A stretch of DNA of 64,000 nt from a bacterium. GTDB taxonomy: Bacteria; Patescibacteriota; Minisyncoccia; Moranbacterales; GWC2-37-73. Numbering within the stretch: the first letter of the stretch is position 1; each line of letters starts with the position of its first letter. The notes beneath the pieces were generated by a model that was given only the letters and a program-made list of their open reading frames with translations, did not search any database and was not told the origin of the DNA. Both the position numbers and the translations under genes were made by a program. Shown here piece after piece: positions 39,362 to 47,261 of this stretch. The stretch spans positions 27,348 to 91,347 of the forward strand of contig JBAXDL010000003.1 in the NCBI GenBank assembly GCA_037140955.1. Reading direction: 5' to 3'.

Positions 39362-40039
39362 CTAAAGTGTCACTTTAATTCCAGGTCCCATAGTTGAGCA
39401 AACTGAAATTGTCATCACATATTTTCCTTTGATTCCAGAAGGACGAGCCTTTTGGATTGCATCCAAAAACATAGCATAGTTTTCTTCAAGCTTCTTTGTT
39501 TCAAAAGAAACCTTTCCAATCACTTGGTGCACATTTCCAGTGTTGTCATTTTTAAAACTAAGTTTTCCCTTTTTAAGCATTTCTACAGCTTCCTTGATCT
39601 TGTCGGTTACTGTTTCAGTCTTTGGTGAAGGCATAAGACCACGGGGTCCAAGGATTTTTGCCACAACTGCAAGTTTCGGCATCATTTCAGGACTTGCAAC
39701 AATCACATCAACTTCTTCCATTTTTCCAAGCTTGATTTTTTCAATCAAATCTTCAGCTCCAACGAAGTCAGCACCAGCCTCTTTGGCTTCAGTTGCCTTG
39801 GTTGAAGTGATAACTGCAATTCTGGCAGCCTTGCCGATTCCATGAGGAAGGACAACTGCTCCACGAACTTGTTGATCACCTTTTTTTGGATCAACAGCAA
39901 GTCTGATGTGAACCTCAACAGATTCATCAAATTTTGCAGTTTTGGTTTCTTTTGCCAAAGCCAAGGCCTCGGTCACGGCATACAATTTGTTTTTTTCAAT
40001 TTTTTCAGCCACAGTCTTATATTTTTTTCCTCTAAACAT
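39362..40039 (-). CDS. rplA: 50S ribosomal protein L1.
   Basis: MFRGKKYKTVAEKIEKNKLYAVTEALALAKE... 225 aa. Confidence 0.9.
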   Translation of the reverse strand: MFRGKKYKTVAEKIEKNKLYAVTEALALAKETKTAKFDESVEVHIRLAVDPKKGDQQVRGAVVLPHGIGKAARIAVITSTKATEAKEAGADFVGAEDLIEKIKLGKMEEVDVIVASPEMMPKLAVVAKILGPRGLMPSPKTETVTDKIKEAVEMLKKGKLSFKNDNTGNVHQVIGKVSFETKKLEENYAMFLDAIQKARPSGIKGKYVMTISVCSTMGPGIKVTL

Positions 40040-40117
40040 AGTTTTGTGTGGTCAACGAATCACGTAATATATTACTCAATTCTCCCACTATTATAATTTT
40101 ATAAACCACAGAAGCAA

Positions 40118-40224
40118 TGTGAAACTATTTTTCTTTTTTGGCCAATAGAAGCGACAGCTTCTCCTGAGCTTTTGAATAATGAGTATTTCATTCAAAAGCG
40201 TGCCAAAAAGGAAAATAGTGGAAC
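40118..40224 (+). repeat. MITE-like element, copy E (TIR tgtgaaactattttt / aaaatagtggaaca). Serves as the reference copy.
   Basis: Inserted in the rplK-rplA intergenic spacer. Core ttttggccaatagaagcgacagcttctcctgagcttttgaataatgagtatttcattcaaaagcgtgccaaaaaggaaaatagtggaacaattgc. Confidence 0.85.
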
Positions 40225-40249
40225 AATTGCAATCATCTTAAAGAATGTT

Positions 40250-40678
40250 CTAGTTTTCAATCTTGATTCCCATGCTTCTTGCTGTTCCAGCCACAATATT
40301 CATTGCTCCCTGCACATCATTAGCATTCAAATCAACCATCTTTGTCTTTGCAATTTCTTCCAATTGAGCCTTGGTCACAACCTTGCCAACCTTGTCTTTG
40401 AGTGGATTTGCAGCACCTTTTTCTGCGCCGGCAGCCTTTTTCAAAAGTTCAGCAGCTGGAGCTGTCTTCATGATGAAATCGAATGAACGATCCTCGTATA
40501 CTGTGATTTCAACTGGCACAACTTCTCCCATCTTGTCGCGAGTTTGATCATTGAAACGAACACAGAATTCTTGAATAGCAACACCATGTTGACCCAAAAC
40601 TGGTCCCACTGGAGGAGCTGGATTAGCCTTTCCACCAACTATTTGCAACTTAATGACCACTTTAATCTTCTTTGCCAT
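40250..40678 (-). CDS. rplK: 50S ribosomal protein L11.
   Basis: [33 protein letters not shown]. 142 aa. Confidence 0.9.
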   Translation of the reverse strand: MAKKIKVVIKLQIVGGKANPAPPVGPVLGQHGVAIQEFCVRFNDQTRDKMGEVVPVEITVYEDRSFDFIMKTAPAAELLKKAAGAEKGAANPLKDKVGKVVTKAQLEEIAKTKMVDLNANDVQGAMNIVAGTARSMGIKIEN

Positions 40679-40702
40679 ATATTTTTTCCTTAAGGTTATT
40701 TA

Positions 40703-41248
40703 TTATATCTTAGTAATCTGCAAGAAATCAAGCTCTACAGGGGTTTCGCGTCCAAAGATTGTCACCAAAACTTTCACCTTTCCCTTCTCTTCGTCAAATT
40801 CTTGAACCTTTCCATCAAAGTCTTTAAATGGTCCTTCGTTGATTTTCACCGCATCGCCATTTTTAAGGTCAATCTTGTATTTCGGTTCAGACACTCCCAT
40901 GCGCTTTTTCAACATTTCAATTTCTTTTGGATCAACAGGGGTTGGAGTTGTACCAAGACCAATAAATCCGGTCACATTTGGCGTGTTTCGCACCACATAC
41001 CATGAAGCATCAGTCACAACCATATTAACAAGAACATAACCAGGATAAATGCGCTCTTCAATTACTGTGCGCTTGCCATTTTTGATCTTAATCTTGTTCT
41101 CCTTTGGAACCATTACATCAAAGATAAGGTCTTGCATGTCCATGGATTCAATACGCTGCTTCAAATTTCTGGTAACATTGTCTTCATAACCAGAATATGT
41201 ATGAATCACATACCAAGCTCGCCCATGATGTTGTGTCTGTTTTGCCAT
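40703..41248 (-). CDS. nusG: Transcription termination/antitermination factor NusG.
   Basis: AWYVIHTYSGYEDNV NGN domain, C-terminal KOW. 181 aa. Confidence 0.9.
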   Translation of the reverse strand: MAKQTQHHGRAWYVIHTYSGYEDNVTRNLKQRIESMDMQDLIFDVMVPKENKIKIKNGKRTVIEERIYPGYVLVNMVVTDASWYVVRNTPNVTGFIGLGTTPTPVDPKEIEMLKKRMGVSEPKYKIDLKNGDAVKINEGPFKDFDGKVQEFDEEKGKVKVLVTIFGRETPVELDFLQITKI

Positions 41249-41253
41249 AATTT

Positions 41254-41290
41254 AGTCTTAAAGTCCGTAAAGTCCGTAAAGTCCGTAAAG
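41254..41290 (-). promoter_or_regulatory. Tandem 9-mer leader repeat (gtcttaaa, then 3 x gtccgtaaa, then gc) 6-42 nt upstream of the nusG start codon. No SD.
   Basis: Three perfect gtccgtaaa units plus one degenerate unit. The same periodic motif lies upstream of rpmF. Confidence 0.45.
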
Positions 41291-41352
41291 CTTATTTGAA
41301 TTTTGCTTTATAGACTCTTAACCTTATAGGCTTTTATCTTGAAATTTATTTC

Positions 41353-41538
41353 TTACTTGATAATATATGTCTTTAGGATATAACCAAAAATCCAGTCTAA
41401 TCCGCCCAAAAATCCTGCCACAATAACGCTTACAGCCACCACTAGCAGCGTGTAATTTATTGTTTGTTTTTTTGTTGGCCAATTCACTTTCAGCATTTCT
41501 GCCTTAGCTTCAAGGAAAAATTGTATAGCCTTGTTCAT
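41353..41538 (-). CDS. secE: Preprotein translocase subunit SecE.
   Basis: 61 aa with a single C-terminal TM (LLVVAVSVIVAGFLGG) in the conserved position upstream of nusG. Confidence 0.8.
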   Translation of the reverse strand: MNKAIQFFLEAKAEMLKVNWPTKKQTINYTLLVVAVSVIVAGFLGGLDWIFGYILKTYIIK

Positions 41539-41619
41539 AAGGGTATTTTTTTGAGTTTTTTAAAAAGCCCTGGGGGCTTTCTTTATTCAAAGTCTACACT
41601 AAAGGCACTTATCTGTCAA

Positions 41620-41653
41620 TATTTTTCAAATAAAAATATCCCCAAAGAGGGAT
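41620..41653 (-). terminator. Terminator after tRNA-Ile: atatccc-tctttg-gggatat, followed by ttttatttg on the minus strand.
   Basis: Perfect 7-bp stem with a T-tract, 10 nt after the tRNA 3' end. Confidence 0.45.
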
Positions 41654-41663
41654 ATTAAATAGG

Positions 41664-41737
41664 TGGGCTTATCAAGATTCGAACTTGAGACCTCGTCATT
41701 ATCAGTGACGCGCTCTAACCAGCTGAGCTATAAGCCC
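41664..41737 (-). tRNA. tRNA-Ile (anticodon GAT).
   Basis: The reverse complement gggcttatagctcagctggttagagcgcgtcactgataatgacgaggtctcaagttcgaatcttgataagccca folds as a canonical cloverleaf. Anticodon loop ctGATaa. 74 nt, CCA not encoded. Confidence 0.9.
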
Positions 41738-41784
41738 ATAAAATTTGCAAAAACTGCGTGATAAGCGCAGTAAATTCTATGTTG

Positions 41785-41857
41785 TGGACCGGACAGGACT
41801 TGAACCCGCTACCTCCTCAGTGCAAATGAGGCGCTCTACCAGGTGAGCTACCGGCCC
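41785..41857 (-). tRNA. tRNA-Ala (anticodon TGC) with a G3:U70 identity pair.
   Basis: The reverse complement gggccggtagctcacctggtagagcgcctcatttgcactgaggaggtagcgggttcaagtcctgtccggtcca. Anticodon loop ttTGCac. Acceptor gggccgg/ccggtcc with G3-U70. Confidence 0.9.
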
Positions 41858-41865
41858 ATAAATAT

Positions 41866-41941
41866 TTGGATTTGAGCCTGCACCTCCTCAATGCAAGAGA
41901 TTGAGAACATGTGAGCAATCTCCGCTCTGATGATTTACCGG
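41866..41941 (-). other. Degenerate tRNA-Ala-like duplicate (pseudo-tRNA). It shares the 5' acceptor and anticodon region with tRNA-Ala but has no intact D-arm or 3' acceptor strand.
   Basis: The reverse complement tgggccggta...ttgcattgaggaggtgcaggctcaaatcc matches tRNA-Ala tgggccggta...ttgcactgaggaggtagcgggttcaagtcc. The middle portion is scrambled and the 3' end is missing. Confidence 0.3.
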
Positions 41942-42159
41942 CCCATAAATGAGCTACAGAAATAATTATAACAAAAAGAAAAAATTTGTCCATAGCTAAA
42001 TAACAATTAAACAAAAATTGCTATATTTGACATTAATTTTAGATATATTATGCTTGAAATACATATTGATATAGTTCATTACTAAAGAAGCTAAGGGAGG
42101 TGAATCTGGAAATATTTTTGCAAAGCTGAAGCACACATCAAAAAACCGGAGGCGCAAAA

Positions 42160-42495
42160 ATGAGAGGTGTCCAGAAGAAAAACAAGATCAAAAAGCAGGT
42201 AGAAAAAGTTCTTGACCGCAACGAGAATTTGGCCGATGGAGAGCAAAAAAAGATCCTAACAGAGCAAGAGATCAAAAAAGCTCGAGCCAGGCCACTTTCA
42301 GTTCATGGCAAAAAAGCCCTGCGAGAACTCGAAACCCAAAAAACCGGACCCAAAACCTTTAGTGATTTTATCATCAAAAAGGCTGAGGAAAAGGGATTAA
42401 AAGTTCCAACCAACAGAGAAGAAGCCAGAAAACATGCCAGCAATAAACTTAGGGCAACTCCTTGCCCTACTGCATTTTGGCTGTCCCAACAATGA
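42160..42495 (+). CDS. Hypothetical Lys-rich basic protein.
   Basis: 111 aa with high K/R/E content. SD ggagg 8 nt upstream. No family. Confidence 0.35.
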   Translation: MRGVQKKNKIKKQVEKVLDRNENLADGEQKKILTEQEIKKARARPLSVHGKKALRELETQKTGPKTFSDFIIKKAEEKGLKVPTNREEARKHASNKLRATPCPTAFWLSQQ

Positions 42496-42535
42496 AAAAA
42501 CAAAGCCCGACGGAAATCCGCCGGGCTTTAAAATT
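42494..42535 (-). terminator. Rho-independent terminator for trxB: aaagcccg(a)cgg-aaat-ccgccgggcttt, with a T-tract on the minus strand.
   Basis: Stem of 9-10 bp with one A-C mismatch. The reverse complement is followed by gtttttt. Confidence 0.5.
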
Positions 42536-42554
42536 ATCTCAGAATATAGAAGAT

Positions 42555-43484
42555 TTAATTTTGTTTCTTCAAAAATTCCTGCACACTGTGCGCTGCAATT
42601 GCACCTTCGCTTGCAGCTGTGATGATTTGCTTGAACTTGTCAGAGCCAGTAGTTATGTCACCAGCCGCCCAAATCCCCTTCTTGCTAGTTCTTCCCGATG
42701 GATCAACTTTGATATAATTTTGCTCATCCAAATCTATTTCCAAATTCTTTATCAAATCAATATTTGGATCTGAACCAATTTCTGCAAATATTCCATCGAC
42801 TTTCAATAGTTCGCTGCCCTTATGTGAAGCATCTAAAAGCAATTCTTCAACTTTCATTTCGCCCTTTATTTCCTTAACATTGGTCATGAAAATATTTTCA
42901 ATCTTTGGATTTTTTGCTATAGCCTGAGCCCAAAATGATTCGCACCTGAGCTTATCTCCTCGATAAATCAAATATACTTTTTCAGTAAGATCACCCAAAT
43001 ACACAGCTGCACCAGCAGCACTATCATTTCCACCAACAATTGCCACGGTTTTACCTCGATAAAAAAACCCATCGCATGTTGCACAATATGAAACACCTTT
43101 TCCAATAAATTCTTTTTCTCCAGGCACTCCAAGGTGACGATGTTTTGTTCCCATGGCAAGCAATATTGTCTTTGCTTGAATTTTTTGACCATCACTCAAA
43201 AACAAAACATATCCCTCCTCTTTTTGCTCAATCTCATCAACCATTGCAACCAAAACAGTTGCCTTGTCATAACTTTTGGCGTGAGCATCTGCTTTTTGAG
43301 CAAACTCAAAGCCAGCAATTTTTTCGCTTCCAAGCCAATTGCCAATTTCATGTGTTTGGGTGGTCAATCCTCCTGCGATGCCACCGATCACCACATTAGA
43401 AATTCCATAGCGCGAGGCATAGACTGAAGCAGAAAAACCAGCAGGGCCAGCACCAATAATTGCAAGATCGTATGTATTATTCAT
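42555..43484 (-). CDS. trxB: Thioredoxin-disulfide reductase.
   Basis: FAD motif DLAIIGAGPAG, redox-active CATCDG, NADPH motif. 309 aa. Confidence 0.9.
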   Translation of the reverse strand: MNNTYDLAIIGAGPAGFSASVYASRYGISNVVIGGIAGGLTTQTHEIGNWLGSEKIAGFEFAQKADAHAKSYDKATVLVAMVDEIEQKEEGYVLFLSDGQKIQAKTILLAMGTKHRHLGVPGEKEFIGKGVSYCATCDGFFYRGKTVAIVGGNDSAAGAAVYLGDLTEKVYLIYRGDKLRCESFWAQAIAKNPKIENIFMTNVKEIKGEMKVEELLLDASHKGSELLKVDGIFAEIGSDPNIDLIKNLEIDLDEQNYIKVDPSGRTSKKGIWAAGDITTGSDKFKQIITAASEGAIAAHSVQEFLKKQN

Positions 43485-43514
43485 AATTTTATAAAATTTT
43501 CAGCTTTTGGCTGA

Positions 43515-43826
43515 TCATCCTCTGGATGACATCTTAAATAAGCTTTTTAAATATTTTTCATCTATTTCTTTTTTTCCCTCAAAATTGCAAATAAAATCAT
43601 TTTTAAGTAGTTCAACTCCAATCATTGAAACAGCCTCGCGTATTGCTGTTATTTGCGTGATCACATCAATGCATTGTTTTTCCTCTTCAATCATTCTGCG
43701 AATCCCCTTGAGTTGCCCTTCAACTCGCGAAATTCTGTTGCCAATCTTCTCTTTTATTTTTTCTTTGTCACTTTTTGTGACAATTTTTTTAGCAATCTTT
43801 TTCATAAAAATATCATTAGAGCTCAA
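43515..43826 (-). CDS. Metal-sensing transcriptional repressor, CsoR/RcnR/FrmR family.
   Basis: ISRVEGQLKGIRRMIEEEKQCIDVITQITAIREAV matches the CsoR core (RIEGQ..GI..M.E....C.D.L.QI.A...A). 103 aa. Confidence 0.7.
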   Translation of the reverse strand: MSSNDIFMKKIAKKIVTKSDKEKIKEKIGNRISRVEGQLKGIRRMIEEEKQCIDVITQITAIREAVSMIGVELLKNDFICNFEGKKEIDEKYLKSLFKMSSRG

Positions 43827-43876
43827 AATTATTCAAATACCTACTAGGGGTATAATATGATATACAATTAAAATTG

Positions 43877-44704
43877 TCAAAAATAATAATTTCTAAGTAT
43901 GTAAACAATAATTATAATAAAAGCCAATCCAACCCTGTACCAAAAAAATGGAGCATACCCAACTTTTGCAATAAACCTAAGCATATATTTGATCGCAAGA
44001 TATCCACTGATTGCTGCCGCAAGAATTCCAAATACAAGTGGCATTGTCATGCCTGCCTTCAAAAGATGTGGCACCTTCACAATGGCTGCGCCAAAGATTA
44101 TTGGAGTGGAAAGTAGAAAGGAAAAGCGTGCGGCCTGCTCTCGCGAAAATCCCAAAGCAAGTCCGGCCGTCATGGTTGCGCCAGAACGCGAAACACCAGG
44201 AACAATAGCAATTGCCTGAGAAAGTCCAATCAAAAAAGCATCCTTGAGTCCAAGCTTGGAAATATCCTTTCGACAAGTTGCATATTTGTCTATAAAGTAC
44301 AAAGCCAATCCAACCAACGACAAAGTCATGGCAATCAAAAGTGGACTGCGAAACATTTCTTCAACTTTTTTGTCAAACAGAAATCCAAAAATAGCCCCAG
44401 GAATTGAAGCAATCATCAGAAGCCAAAGCATGTTTGCCTGATAACTTATTGTCTTTATTGTATATTTTGTTTTCAACAAAGAATTTGAAGCTGCCTTGAA
44501 AATATCCAACCAATCTTGCCAAAAAAACCAAACAACTGCCACCAGCGTTCCAATATGCAAAGCAACATCAAAAGAAAGGCCAGGATCAGTCCAACCAAAA
44601 AACCATGGAGCCAAAATCAAATGTGCAGTTGAAGAGATTGGTAAAAATTCACCAAGACCCTGCAGGACTCCCAAAAAAATTGCTTGAAAAATATTTAGAT
44701 CCAT
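43877..44704 (-). CDS. uppP: Undecaprenyl-diphosphatase.
   Basis: FLGVLQGLGEFLPISSTAHL and C-terminal PGVSRSGATM motifs. 275 aa with 8 TM. Confidence 0.9.
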   Translation of the reverse strand: MDLNIFQAIFLGVLQGLGEFLPISSTAHLILAPWFFGWTDPGLSFDVALHIGTLVAVVWFFWQDWLDIFKAASNSLLKTKYTIKTISYQANMLWLLMIASIPGAIFGFLFDKKVEEMFRSPLLIAMTLSLVGLALYFIDKYATCRKDISKLGLKDAFLIGLSQAIAIVPGVSRSGATMTAGLALGFSREQAARFSFLLSTPIIFGAAIVKVPHLLKAGMTMPLVFGILAAAISGYLAIKYMLRFIAKVGYAPFFWYRVGLAFIIIIVYILRNYYF

Positions 44705-44743
44705 TTTTTTATTTTTTACTTCTTATTTATTAATATTATAATC

Positions 44744-45493
44744 TTACGTCTTTTTTGTCTTTTTTCCTATTAGCAGAATGTTTTTGTTTTCCACGATCTC
44801 GCATCTTTCAATTTCATAGCCAGCTTTTTGAAAAAGCCTTTTCAACTCACGTCTTGTGAAAGCATGATGAAATCTGGCAAATTTCTTTCCTTGATTGTCA
44901 GTAAAATCAATTTCACAATCATTCCAATCAAGCAAACTCTCTCCTTTGATTTTGCTTTTCCAATTTTGCAAAATATTTTTGAAATATTTTTTTTGCTTCA
45001 CCTGCCAAATTCGCCAATCAGCAAAGAAAACTGGCCAAAGATACCAAGCAGTAATTACAACTTTGCCACCATCTTTTGTCACACGAAAAAGATCATTAGC
45101 AACAGCTTGGCGATATTCCTTTGATGGAAAATGATGAAAAACAGCAATACTATAAACAGTGTTGAAAAATCTTTCTTCGAACGCAAGAGTTTTCTTTTTT
45201 GGATCAATTTTTGAAAAGCTAATATTTTGCTCTGGATGCTTGCTCTTAGCAAGATCAATAAGACCACCAGAAACATCCACTCCCCAATATTGAACATTTT
45301 TTTCTTCAAAAAGCTCCAGCAATCGCCCATTGCCACAACCAAAATCAAGCACACTGTCGCCTTTTTTGACGTGGTCAGCAATAAATTCAAGAGAACGCCA
45401 AAAATGCTTCCTGGTTTGGGAAAATTTGATGCAAATAAGGTCATATCCAGCTTCAGTCTCATTTAGCACTTTCTGAGCAATATCTTTTTTCAT
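44744..45493 (-). CDS. Class I SAM-dependent methyltransferase.
   Basis: Motif I VLDFGCGNGRLL. 249 aa. Confidence 0.7.
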   Translation of the reverse strand: MKKDIAQKVLNETEAGYDLICIKFSQTRKHFWRSLEFIADHVKKGDSVLDFGCGNGRLLELFEEKNVQYWGVDVSGGLIDLAKSKHPEQNISFSKIDPKKKTLAFEERFFNTVYSIAVFHHFPSKEYRQAVANDLFRVTKDGGKVVITAWYLWPVFFADWRIWQVKQKKYFKNILQNWKSKIKGESLLDWNDCEIDFTDNQGKKFARFHHAFTRRELKRLFQKAGYEIERCEIVENKNILLIGKKTKKT

Positions 45494-45572
45494 GTTTTAA
45501 GCATAACAAATATAGACCAAACATTCAAACACAATCCTTGCATATTATCCTGCCATATATTAGGCTTAATAA

Positions 45573-47258
45573 ATGGAAAAATACTATGACAATTATATCA
45601 AATCAGCCATCAAACAGCTTCCCGACTTTCTGGATGATTTTTCAAAACTCAAAAAAAAGCTGTCCAAGCAATACAGTATTCCACTTCCAACTAACGCAAA
45701 CTTGCGTGACAGATACAATCAACTTGTAGAAAAAAGAATCATCAAAAAGAATGAAGCTTTTGAAGACATTCTTTGCACGCGTGGAATTCGCACGCAATCA
45801 GGAGTCGCAGTGGTGGCCGTCCTCACCAAGCCCTATCCATGTCCTGGAAAATGCATCTATTGCCCAACAGAAAAAGACATGCCCAAGAGTTATCTCTCAA
45901 ATGAACCGGCAGTGATGCGCGCTATTGACTCTCAATTTGACCCCTATCGTCAAATGCAAAATCGCTTGCGCTCACTGGAGCTAAATGGGCACCGAACAGA
46001 CAAGATTGAGCTTATTGTGATGGGTGGAACTTTTTCATTCTTACCCAAAGCATATCAAAAAAAATTCATAATCAGATGCTTTGCTGGGGCCAATGAATTT
46101 AAAAACAAAAGACAAAATTCAAAAGACAAAATTCAAAAGAGCCCACAAGAGCAATTGCAATTTGAGCAAAAAAGAAATGAAACCGCAAAGCAAAGAATCA
46201 TCGGGCTCACACTTGAAACAAGACCGGACTATATTAACGAAAAAGAAATTTTAAACTTCAGAGAACTTGGCTGCACGCGAGTTGAACTTGGGGTGCAGAG
46301 TATTTATGATGATGTGCTCGAATTCAACAAGCGTGGCCATCTTGTGAGCGAAACAATCAGAGCCACTAAGCTGCTCAAGGATGCAGGCTTTAAGATAAAC
46401 TATCATATGATGCCAGGTCTTCCAGGCTCGAGCATTGTTCGTGATTTTGAAATGTTCAAGTCTCTTTTTGATGGACCAAATTTTCAACCAGACATGCTCA
46501 AGATATATCCAACAGTTGTGCTCAAAGATAGTGAGTTGTATGATATTTGGAAAAAGAAAAAATACATACCGCTTTCAAATGAAGCTTTTGAAAAATTGGT
46601 AGTAAGGATAAAGAATGAAGCTATTGTGCCATATGTTCGCATTGCAAGACTCATTCGCGATGTGCCGACACCATCAATCATGGCTGGACCAATGGTTTCA
46701 AACTTGAGACAAATCATCATTCCGAAGTCAAATTGTCCCTGCATTCGTTGTCGCGAAGTTGGTGCAACCTACAAAATAAAAGAAAAAATTGTTCTGGATA
46801 GAATTGACTACAAAGCTTCAGATGGTCAAGAAATTTTCTTGCAATATGTTTCGCCTGACAAAAAAAAATTATTCGCCCTTTTGCGCCTTCGAATTCCAAA
46901 CTCCTCGTGTCATTCCGGGCTTGACCCAAAATCCAGCAAGTCTCACCAAAAAACAAACGACCTGGATTCACGCCTCCGCGGAAATGACAAGCTTTATGAT
47001 CTTTTGCCAATCCTGCAAAGTGCCGCCCTTATCAGAGAGGTTCATACCTATGGAAAATTAACCAAGATAGACACGCAAGACAAAACATCTCCGCAACATA
47101 TTGGACTTGGAAAAAAACTTCTTCTTGAAGCTGAAAAAATTGCCAAAGAAGAATTTGGTATGTCAAAAATAACAGTAATTTCTGGTGTTGGTGTGCGTGG
47201 ATATTATAGAAAAAATGGATACAGGCTTAAAAATACCTATCTAACAAAAAAGATATAA
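45573..47258 (+). CDS. elp3: Elp3-family radical SAM / GNAT protein (tRNA U34 carboxymethyluridine synthase homolog). Carries an in-frame palindromic-element insertion.
   Basis: VAVVAVLTKPYPCPGKCIYCP radical-SAM cluster region characteristic of Elp3, and a C-terminal GNAT (HIGLGKKLLLEAEKIAK). 561 aa. Confidence 0.75.
   Translation: MEKYYDNYIKSAIKQLPDFLDDFSKLKKKLSKQYSIPLPTNANLRDRYNQLVEKRIIKKNEAFEDILCTRGIRTQSGVAVVAVLTKPYPCPGKCIYCPTEKDMPKSYLSNEPAVMRAIDSQFDPYRQMQNRLRSLELNGHRTDKIELIVMGGTFSFLPKAYQKKFIIRCFAGANEFKNKRQNSKDKIQKSPQEQLQFEQKRNETAKQRIIGLTLETRPDYINEKEILNFRELGCTRVELGVQSIYDDVLEFNKRGHLVSETIRATKLLKDAGFKINYHMMPGLPGSSIVRDFEMFKSLFDGPNFQPDMLKIYPTVVLKDSELYDIWKKKKYIPLSNEAFEKLVVRIKNEAIVPYVRIARLIRDVPTPSIMAGPMVSNLRQIIIPKSNCPCIRCREVGATYKIKEKIVLDRIDYKASDGQEIFLQYVSPDKKKLFALLRLRIPNSSCHSGLDPKSSKSHQKTNDLDSRLRGNDKLYDLLPILQSAALIREVHTYGKLTKIDTQDKTSPQHIGLGKKLLLEAEKIAKEEFGMSKITVISGVGVRGYYRKNGYRLKNTYLTKKI
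46908..46989 (+). repeat. GC-rich palindromic element of about 82 bp inserted in frame in elp3 (encodes SCHSGLDPKSSKSHQKTNDLDSRLRGNDK). Terminal inverted repeat gtcattccggg / cccgcggaaatgac.
   Basis: Local GC spike with inverted termini. In other frames it reads VIPGLTQNPA / HASAEMTS, typical of a widespread palindromic-repeat peptide family. A 20-bp partial copy (one-base insertion difference) lies at 9258-9282. Confidence 0.6.
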
Positions 47259-47261
47259 ATT

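Noticed and set aside
41564-41580. The aaagccc-tgg-gggcttt hairpin as a terminator for the tRNA transcript or the secE operon.
   Set aside because: On the minus (transcribed) strand it is followed by TTAAAAAA rather than a U-tract. The neighbouring 41620-41653 hairpin fits better. This one may be a + strand or bidirectional element of unclear role.
41866-41941. A third functional tRNA, or an intron-containing tRNA-Ala.
   Set aside because: No D-arm pairing, no 3' acceptor strand and no consistent anticodon stem could be drawn. It is best explained as a degenerate duplicate.
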